This document shows positions 53,651 to 64,000 of a stretch of DNA of 64,000 nucleotides, piece after piece (the stretch's first letter is position 1; every line of letters starts with the position of its first letter). The DNA is taken from the NCBI RefSeq assembly GCF_009914755.1, contig NC_060946.1, one strand, 5' to 3'. Made by a program: the position numbers and the translations under genes. The notes under the pieces were generated by a model. It saw only the letters and a list, made by a program, of their open reading frames with translations. It made no database searches and had not been told where the DNA came from. The stretch comes from the human T2T-CHM13v2.0 reference genome, Homo sapiens.

Positions 53651-54049
53651 TTAAGTCTTTACATATTTATTTTTATTCTTTGCTATTCTAGCATTACAAA
53701 TCAATGCATTTTTCTTTAATAGTTCTAAGAAAGACAATAATGAGGTGAAACTAATATTTTTGGCCTCCTTTCACCCATATGTCCTCCTCCCCACTCATTT
53801 CTTGGGAATGCACAATATCCTTTTAAATGCTCTGATAAGCCCTGCGATAAATAAAAATTTAACTTTATGTAACTGAGAGTTTACCAATTTAGTCAATGAC
53901 AGCTTTTATTTTCCCTAAGACCATTTGACACACCTGGATCTACTCTTCTATGTACAACCTTGTAAATGTAAGTATAAAACATCTTCAGAATTTTTTTTAA
54001 CTTGGCAATCCCTTACTTCAAGTGTTTCTATGATAGGAAAGCTACTTCG

Positions 54050-54154
54050 TGTACGTGTGTCTCTGTGTGTGTGTTTGTGTCTATGTATGCCTGTGTATGT
54101 GTGTATCTGTGCATGTGTATGCCTATATGTGACTCTGTGTGTGTGTGTGTGTGT
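54050..54154. repeat. Imperfect (TG)n tract
   Basis: Direct inspection. Confidence 0.9.
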
Positions 54155-55769
54155 ATTCTGATGGCATGGTTTTATAAACACTATACCAGGAGAAAGGAGG
54201 TGTTTCATGCCCACTTTGCTGGTGATGAAACTTGCTGTGTGACCTTGGTGGTTCAATCCTCTCTGGTCTCCATATGTCATCCATAAAAGTAGGAACATGA
54301 TGGGCGTGGTCTCTAAATTCTCTTCCAGTTCCAGCCTGGCTCTGCTGCATGATACTGCCTGCCTCCCAAGGGATGCGTCCATATATGGAGGACCTGCCAC
54401 ATCCCTTCCTGGGCTGCCCTCTTTCCAAAGATGCCTGCGCTTCTCCTCTGTCTAAGGAACAGACTTGTCACAAAGGGGTAAATTACCCATACCTGCTCCA
54501 AATGTCTAGACACCTTGATGCTATGACTCAATTTTCTTTGCCAGCCCTGCAGGCCTTCGCAGAGCAGGCACGTTCATCTTCCTAGCATGGCCCAGCCCTG
54601 CCAGGCATTCAGCTCCCAGCACCGGCTGCTCTGTCCCAGCTGCATGCCCCCACCTGCCCCTCCACGGAGCAAACTAACCCATCACTGTGTTTTGACTGCA
54701 GCCACTTGCACCCGCTGCTCTGGTTCCTCCTGTCTCTTGGGAATCAGCAGTGACTGAGCTGACAAACTCATTCTACCCCAAGTGTTCCCATAAGCTCAGA
54801 GCAACAGCACTAGGATCATCATCACTACAGTCCCAGTGAGGACTGCCGGGGACCCAGCCCAGTCTCCCTGGGCCCAGGGGACTTGGGGAAGGTGTCTGTC
54901 TGACTGGAGATGGACAGCAGGGCACCTGGACAGACTGAACAGAGGCTCAGCTCTCAGGCTCCTGAATGAGAGCTCCTGAGAGGCTGGTGATGGTCACTAC
55001 CAACCCCAATCTCCACCATCAAGGTGGAATCTGTCTGCACCTCCCGTTCCTTGAACAGAGCTGGCCAATGAACATGGTAAAGGGAACCAAAAGACACCTA
55101 AAATCCATCTTCCTAGGACTTCCCAAGAATCCCAGCTTGCCAGGAACCTGCTCCATGGATGAGGAGAGCAGCAGGAACCATGTCCAACACTGGCATATAA
55201 TAGGTGCTCAGTAAATACCATCCAATAGGCCTTTGCTTGCCACCGCACCATTATTTTATGTTTCACTAAGAAAAAAAATCTACCAATTAAAACATGGCAT
55301 GTCATGCATTGTATGATGAAACTTGTTTCAGAGATACTAAAAGCTAAACAAGCACACTTGAATCAACTACATAGGGTATCTGTTAAGTGAGAGGATGAAT
55401 AACAAACGGTGGGAGGTTTAGGTTTACAGTTTTGTATTTACAGATCGTGCTGCTGCTGACTTGCTTTGTAACCTTGAGGAAATCACTTTCCATCCCTAGA
55501 CCTCAGCTTTCTCACTAGTCACGTGGGATTCACCGTCCTCTCCAGCAACCCCAGAAAGCTACTGTAGAAATCAGATAGGATCCGGGCAGCAGCAAATCTT
55601 CAAAAGCTGCAAAGCCATTGAAATAGGAACCCAAAATGGTCAGTCAACCAGTGAAATCCTCATCCAGGGCATTTCCTGTCAGTGTATTTGCTGTGTGACT
55701 TCGGATAAGTTGCTTTGCCTCTCTGGGCTTCCATTTTCCCCAGTATCACCTATAGAGACAAAGGAATAT

Positions 55770-56068
55770 CTATATACACACTATATAGGTGTATATATAT
55801 GATATATATGATATATGTATATATATGACATATATATGATATAGGTGTATATATATGATATATATGATATAGGTGTATATATATGTATATATATGATATA
55901 GGTATATATATGATATATATGGTGATATATAGGTATTGATATCTATATATACACCATATATATGATGTATATATAGATCTATATATACATCATATATATA
56001 CATACACACCATATATATACATATATATACACACCATATATATATACACACACACACCGTATATATAC

Positions 56069-56100
<32 letters not shown>
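55770..56100. repeat. AT-rich (TA)n-derived quasi-palindromic array
   Basis: tatatgat/aggtgtat units, then acaccatat/catac units; perfect palindrome at 55956-55999. Confidence 0.95.
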
Positions 56101-56338
56101 CTTGCAGGGCTGTTGGGAATATTAGAGGAGGTGATGTTTGTAAGGTGCTTAACACCATGCCTGACACATGGTAAACCAGGCCTATGGCCACCAGCTGCCG
56201 TTGGTGTTGGTACACATATTCACATTATCTGAGTGGTGGGAAACATGCTTCCAGCGGCCTCACTCCCCATTTTCTTTAAATCACCATTTGCATCCCCAGT
56301 GTCTTGTAGACAGTAATTTGCTCATTGAACAATCTGAT

Positions 56339-56383
56339 GAATGAAAGGATGAATGAATGAATGAATGAATGAATGAATGAATG
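56339..56383 (+). repeat. (GAAT)n
   Basis: Direct inspection. Confidence 0.9.
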
Positions 56384-58419
56384 CATAATCTTGGATGTGC
56401 AGGTAAGGCTGAATTCTACAGGCATAAGCTTTTTAAATCACTCACAGGCAAAACAAGAAACAAATCACCTTGGAGATCATGCAGCCTCACCCCCATTTCA
56501 TTAGAGAAGGAAACTGAGGCTCCAAGAGGTTCAGGAAGTTGTCCAAAGCCACACAGCCCACAAGTAGACTCCAGAACAAGCCCCCAACCACCACCCCCAG
56601 TATTTCTCCTTCAGCCTCAGACCCTGGGCCAATGTCCAGTCTCTCTCCGACTCCAGTGACCAAGGACACAGTCTTCCCAGGTTAAGCATTGTTCCATTCT
56701 CCCTGACACAAATGCTTCCCAAGGAAGCCCTGGGTGGAGAAACAGCCACTGCCTCCGGGGCCTCAGACCTGGCCCCATTATTATTCCTCTCAGTGTAATA
56801 AATACATTTTAAGAGAAACAGATGCTGGAACAGTTGGACAGGAAGGGTCCAGGCCTGTGAAGAGGAATCTGGTTTGTGAAAATCTGTCTATTTGCCAGAC
56901 GGTGAGCAATATGCTGCTGCCAGCCAGGTCTGGGTCCGGCTGCCAGGTAGGCTAATCGAGCCTTCCCGCCGTGCCTGTGGGTCCTTCCAGACCACCATCC
57001 TCAGGCGCTCAAATGGGCATCCAGCTGTCGTGCCTGCTGCCAAGGACCCCAGGATGCCGATCATGTCCCCTTAATCACTTCGGCCACTTTTGTGGGAGGG
57101 GCACCTCCAACTCAAAACCCAAAGCAACTTACGCAAAGTGTGGCAGGGATAGGGAGGCATCTTCCGATTCAGACACACCACCATCCATGAGTGGCTTTTA
57201 TCTTCCATCAATGTCTGAGGATGCTTGTTACCTGCAAATAGCTGCCTCGATACCTGACCCTTTGAAAGCGTGATAGGAAAGGGTCCCCTTACCGCCTTTT
57301 CTGTCTAGCAAGTCTCTTCACTCTCCCTGCATCGCTGCCCTGTTGGAAAAAAAGAAATGTGGGCTAATTTACAAAAGGCATCTTGGCTGCTATAGGTGCA
57401 GGCTCCAGCTTCCACGAGGTACAGATACCCAGATCAGACTTTTGTCCTGGAATCGACACCCCATCACACACATTCTCCGTTGGCTTGAGCTCATAAATCC
57501 CAGTGATTTTTGGCAGGCCCGTGGGCAGGGGCAGGAAAACAGAACACTCAGTGTATGGCCTGACTTCGTGTCCTCATAGCCGTCCAGCAAAGAGAAGAGA
57601 TTACCTCCACTTTGCAGATGAGAAAGAAGAGGTTCTAGGAAGAACGCAACCTGCCCAAGGTCATGCATCCCAGAAGGGAGTATTGGGGTGGGGACGGGGA
57701 CACACAGGGCTGTCTGATTGTGATTTCTCGCCTCTTTTTGCTGACTCAGTTGCCTTTCTAGGAACAGACTAATAACTCTCCTCCACCCTCCCAAAACACC
57801 GGATGGAGATGAAGATATTCCACTATTTTCTTCACATGCTCTGTAGTCCTAAGCAAAGTGAGGCATTCGTTTGCTTCTGGGAGAACTAATACCAAGAACC
57901 TCTTTTTCTTTCTCCTCCCTTCTTGGAGCTGCCCCACAGAGGGGCATTAAATGTATACTAAGCTTTCCCCTCAATACATTTGGTTTTCAGTATTCTTTCC
58001 CATTGTCTCCCAAAAGCTAAAGAAAAGCCCTGGTAATTCACGAATTCTGCATCTGAATTATATTTCTCCAAGGAGTCCTTGTTCTTAGAAGTGGTAGGAA
58101 AATACTTCGTGTGATTGTGTAACCTGATTTTTTTTTTTTTTTTTTTTTTTTTGGTGGTGGTGGTGTCGGTAGGGAGATGAGAGGAGCTAGTCTTTTCTAA
58201 AACTGTGATAATAATAATGGTCTCACTGCCTACCATGTGTTGAGGGCTTAATGGTATTCCAGGCTCTGCACTGAGCATTGTGCAAGCATCATCTTATTTA
58301 ACCCTTTCAGCCCTGCTAGGAGATGGCTGCTGGCATTGTCATGTCATAGTGACAAGAAAGCAAATCATATTTTTGTCACTTGCCAAAAACCACACAATTA
58401 GAGAGTGGCAGAGCTGGAA

Positions 58420-59325
<906 letters not shown>

Positions 59326-60024
59326 TTGGGTGGCATCAGGGAAACCCATTCTAGTTTCTGAGCCTTACTTTCTGTACCACTTGCAGAATCATAGAAAGGC
59401 TGTAATGAGGGAGTGGAAGCAAAAGAGCTTTCCAAAGGTAAGTCTTTCTGCAGATATCGTGGCCCGATCAGAAGGTACTCTTCCAAATAGAAGACATGGG
59501 ATGTAGTTTCCCCAGTAAATGGCCCATACTCACCCGTTACTTTGAAAGCCATTATAGAGCCTGCTACCTAAACAGCTCGCCAAGGACTTGGAGAGCACCT
59601 GGAATATGGAACAAGGGGCAGGACAGGCTTTTAGCTCATGTCTGTTTCTGCTCCTCTTCACTCTTGATTCTACCACCTGTGCCAGCTCACCTGGGGGCCT
59701 TGCTATGATAGCACAGTGAGGAGCTCCTGACATGAGCTACATAACCCTTGCCCTTCTATCTTACAGGAGACATGGCAGAATGCCCCCAGGAACAGACTCC
59801 ACCTCACCACTCTTGAGATGTTGCAGCTTCAGGAAGTCTGCAGTGCTGATCAGGGACCTGCAGGATCTTGTTCACCTAACAGAGAAATAGGTCTGAAGCA
59901 GACTACTATGAGAATGAAGTCAGCTATCTGCCAGGATGCCTCAGCCACCATCAAGACTTTTGTGTGCAGAGAAACAGGATTTAAGAGGGGAGGGACTGAA
60001 AGGCTGTGGAAGCCACTGGGTTCA

Positions 60025-60565
60025 GTCATCCATTCAATCCACATTTTTTGACCACTCCTTATGTGCTAGGCCCTGTGCTTACACTCAGGATTTAATAGTA
60101 AAGAAATTATTGGACCCCATTGGGCTGATAGTATTTCAGGGGAGAGAGACGTGAACATGGTTATACATGAGGGTGATTAGTGTCAAATTGTGGGAAGCAA
60201 AGTGGGTGGGGTGTGTGTGCTGTGGAAGCCCAGGGAAACCACCTGATTCAGTCAGGGGCAATCAGGGAAGGATACCTGGAAGAGGTGACACCTAAGCCAA
60301 GACTTGATGAGCATATACGAATATTTTTGGCAAACAGTGATGGTGAAGTGAGGGGAAAAATGCTTCTAGAGAGAACAGCCTGAGTGAAGACTCTGGAATG
60401 AGAATGAATTTATCCCAGGACTCAGAGATGTTCAGAAGTGCTGAGTAAGGGGTGATGGGGAGAAGAGCAGAGCCAGACCTCACAGGGCCCTGGAGACCAG
60501 GCTAAGGAGCATGGCTTTGTTGTGAGGACACTGAGAAACCATGGAACGGTTTTGGGCAGGGAAAG
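60025..60565 (-). mobile_element. L2 LINE fragment
   Basis: tatgtgctaggccctgtgct...atcagggaaggatacctggaagaggtgac...gaaaccatggaacggttttgggcaggg. Confidence 0.85.
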
Positions 60566-60609
60566 GTGTTACAGTTATTGATGGTTGCATAAATCCATAG
60601 AGCTTCTAT

Positions 60610-60900
60610 TTCTCTAATAGACTATTTTTTAGAACAGTTTCAAATTCACAGCAACATTGTGAAGAAAGTACAGTGAGTTCCCACCTATCCCTCACCCACC
60701 AACATAGCCTCCCGCACCATCAACATCCTTACAATAGATGAACTAACACTGACATATCATTATCAACCAAAGTTCATAGTTTACATTCGGGTTCGCTCTT
60801 GGTACTGTACAGTCCATGGTTTTTGACAAATTTATAATGACACGTATCCAGCATTATAATAATGTACAGAATAATTTCGCTACCCTAAAAGCCCTCCAGC
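60610..60900 (-). mobile_element. L1MB/MC-like 3' end
   Basis: tttttagaacagttttcaaattcacagcaac...acaatagatgaactaacactgacatatcattatcaaccaaagttcatagtttacatt. Confidence 0.85.
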
Positions 60901-61408
60901 TCCCATGGAACTTTTTTAAAGGAAGGATTTGTGGGTTTCTCTCTCACATCTATAGAACTAGAATGCTTACAGGTAAGTCCCAGGAATTTGCATATTAATG
61001 TTTCCCCCACTTATTTCCATATAGAGGGTGAAATTTAGACAGCTAATCCAAGCCATGATCTGTCTACAGAAACTTCTGGATGATACAATAGCTAAGGCCT
61101 CTTCTCTGCCTTGGCCTGGAAATCCACTTCCAGTTGACTTTAGAAATAACCAAGCAGTTCTCATGGGACCCCGGTGGCCTTCCCTGAATGATTGGTGTTG
61201 AGAAAAGATCCTTCCCCCTGCAAAGCTTTTTCTTCCCACCAGGGCTGTTGGACTTCTAGCCTTCCTCTAGGGACACTCAGCAGAACTCTTTCAGGGGAAT
61301 ATGTGGTGCATGATGACCAAAGTTTAGAAACAAAATGAAGGGAAAGAGCAAAAATACATATATCTTCTGGAGTTAGCTCCCCCCATCTTTGCTATAGTAG
61401 TCAAGATT

Positions 61409-61680
61409 CTCGCCTGTAATCCCAGCACTTTGGGAGGCTGAGGCGGGTGGATCATGTAAAGTCAGGAGTTCAAGACCAGCCTGGCCAACATGGGGAAACC
61501 CCATCTTCACTAAAAATACAAAAATTAGCCAGGTGTGGTGGTGCACACCTATAATCCCAGCTACTCAGGAGGCTGAGACAGGAGAATAGCTTGAACTCAG
61601 GGACGGAGGTTGCAGTGAGCCGAGACCATGCCACTGCACTCCAGCCTGGGTGACAGAGCAAGTCTCCATTAAAAAAAAAA
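61409..61680 (+). mobile_element. Alu (AluS-like), slightly 5'-truncated
   Basis: Begins ctcgcctgtaatcccagc; poly-A tail; possible TSD aa[g/a]attctc. Confidence 0.93.
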
Positions 61681-62199
61681 TTCTCAAAGTGCTGTAGCAG
61701 CTTCCTGTACACTAATGAAAGCACACTTTATGCATTAATGCATGTGGCTCTTGCCATGTCTAAAGTGGAAAAAAATATGACTTGGATCAAGGATGGAAGA
61801 TTCTCATTCAGTAGAGTGAGTTCTTTGTAAACTAGGAGGTTTTATTATTTCTTTCTGTATCTGTAGTGCTAAAAGGTTACTGGGCCAGGGGGAAGCTTAG
61901 TGAGTGTCTGTTGAATGAATGAATGAATGACTTAAATAGTGAAGAGGAGACAGTTTGCTTCAATGCTTGGCACATATAGGTGCTCAATTTAATGACACAT
62001 TCTTATTGTGAGTCCTAGGTCAGCTGTCAGAAGCCTGGGTTATTAATCTGGCATTACCTTTAAGACACTATAAAATGGTGGGTCAGTCTCTTTTCCTCTC
62101 CAGACCTCAGTTTCCTCATCTAAAAGATAAAGGTCCTTCCAGTTCAGGCATTTTATGAAGTGGAAGAGAATTTGGCACTGACTTTTTTAAAGAGGTCTA

Positions 62200-62700
62200 T
62201 ACACACAGTGAGACTACTACATACCCACAAGAATGAATAACATGAAAAATACTGACAACATCGAATGTTGACAAGGATGTGGAGTAACTGGAACTCTCAT
62301 ACATTGTTGGCAGGAATGTAAAATGGTACCAGAATTTTGGAGAAACATCTTATGTGGTTTCTTACAGCACTCAACATAGTCCTACCTTCTGACCCAGCAA
62401 TTCAATGCTTAAGTATTTACCAAGAGACATAAAAATAAATGTTCACAAAAAGATTTGTATCACAATGTTCTTGAAGCTTTATTTATAGTGGCCTCAAACT
62501 GGAGATAACCCAATGACCATAAACAAGAGAATAAATAAGTCAATTGTGGTATATTCATACATTGGAATCCTACACAACAGTAAAAAGGACAAAGTACTGC
62601 TACATGCAACAACAAAAACCAGTCTCCAAAACCTTATGTTGAATGAAAGAAGCCAGACACAAAAGAGTACAAATTGTATGATTCTACTTACACGAAGTTC
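62200..62700 (+). mobile_element. Old L1M (ORF2 end / 3'UTR) fragment
   Basis: aatgttgacaaggatgtggagtaactggaactctcatacattgttggcaggaatgtaaaatggtac...gaaagaagccagacacaaaagagtac. Confidence 0.9.
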
Positions 62701-62724
62701 CCTCTATACTTTACTCATATACTT

Positions 62725-62850
62725 GCCACCACAGCCCTGTGATGGGTATTGTCCATCATACCCATTTGACAGATGACAAAACTGAGGTTTGGAGAGGGAA
62801 GTGAGTCATCTAGGAGGTAGCAGAGTCAGGATTTGAACTTATGACTCTTG
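62725..62850 (-). mobile_element. MIR SINE
   Basis: cccatttgacagatgacaaaactgagg...ggatttgaac. Confidence 0.8.
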
Positions 62851-64000
62851 AACCTTTTGAGATGCAGCTCTACCTGTAGTGTAGATCAAGGACTGAATGG
62901 TGGCTAAAGCCCATTGGATCCATAAGTATGAAATTAATTCTGATATTGACACTAAAATCCAAGGTTTTTTTTTTAAGGTATATTCTGTGCTGCTTTCAGG
63001 AAAAAAAAAAAAAAAGAGAGAGAGAGAGGGAGAGAAGAAGTGATTAAGTCTGCCTTCCTCCTGCCCACCCTTCCCCTAACACTTACCCTTTCAAAGGTCC
63101 ATCGCTGGTCCCATAGGCATGGGTGTGGGGTTTATTGGCATCTACAGCAGCTGAGATGAAGCCATTGCAGGCCACATAGTGCTAAAAATATTTCAAAGTT
63201 CACAGGGGAAAGAAAGGGAGAGGAGGGAGCGGTGAGAAGCAACTTTTGCCAACTCTGAAAACAGTTCCGCCCACTAAGTCTTCACCGTGCAGAAGGGGCC
63301 AGATCAGATTAGGGCCACCAGTTGCCACATTATCCTGTCTTGAGTCCACTAACTCTCACTAAGCTCCGAAAATCCCATTTACGGTGTTTAGGACACCTCT
63401 GGAGGAGTTTGCTGTGTAAATATTATTCCACCATTAAATCCTACAACCAGGCCACCGTCAACAAGTGGATTCGCAATGGTTACGCCAAGGGGGGCTGCGC
63501 TGGGGACCTGTGAAGTGCGGCCAAGGGGCTCGGCCCAGAAGCCAGCATGAGTGGTAAAGCGCCTCATTCTCCGACTAAAGCCTCCTGCCACTTGGGCCTG
63601 CTTAATAAAACAGGGCCGCTGGGGCACTCGATTTGGGCTGGGAACCAAATACACCTCAGGAGCCACTTAGAGCTAGGGCCTGCCTTAGACAGCTGGCGTT
63701 CCTTCTTACCAACCTTAATCTCATGCAGGGCCCTTGTGGGCTGCAGCCCTCTTGGCTGAGACTGGGACTTACCTCCAGTATCTCCCACTTCGGCAGCAGA
63801 GCTGACGTGGGCATCGTTCTGGGGAGGTGACTTTTTCCCAGCCGGAGGCAATTTTGCTTTGGGTGCCCTTTCTGTTGTCTGCAAGCCCAGACCCTTTCTT
63901 TATTAATTTGTGTATTTGGAGGAGGGAAATGGCTGGATGACGAGCCATCGATTATTGTGGATGGATAACCGATCTGACTCAGCAGATGCTGCTGTTGCTG

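Noticed and set aside
55770-56215. Tyr/Ile-rich ORFs
   Set aside because: Translation of the (TA)n-derived array.

Overview
This window is primate (very probably human) non-coding genomic DNA. The evidence is about 17 Alu copies or fragments, plus MIR, L2, old L1M, MaLR/ERVL/ERV1 solo LTRs and DNA-transposon relics (MADE1, MER20, MER81, MER5). I find no credible protein-coding gene, RNA gene, CpG island or CRISPR array. Many ORFs in the supplied track are Alu- or microsatellite-derived, and the rest look like chance frames. Several repeat-free islands are rich in homeodomain/POU/FOX-type motifs, as expected in the regulatory desert or large intron of a developmental gene (inference). I could not identify the locus. 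I did not find a convincing new biological system. The most notable items are: a ~300-bp local duplication of a MIR composite fused to a tailless Alu; a tailless full-length Alu with an intact TSD; a perfect 44-bp palindrome in a polarity-switching AT array; an inverted CA/TG repeat pair; a MADE1 hairpin with symmetric substitutions; and a phased octamer cluster. Repeat family names come from recalled consensus sequences, and most boundaries are approximate.
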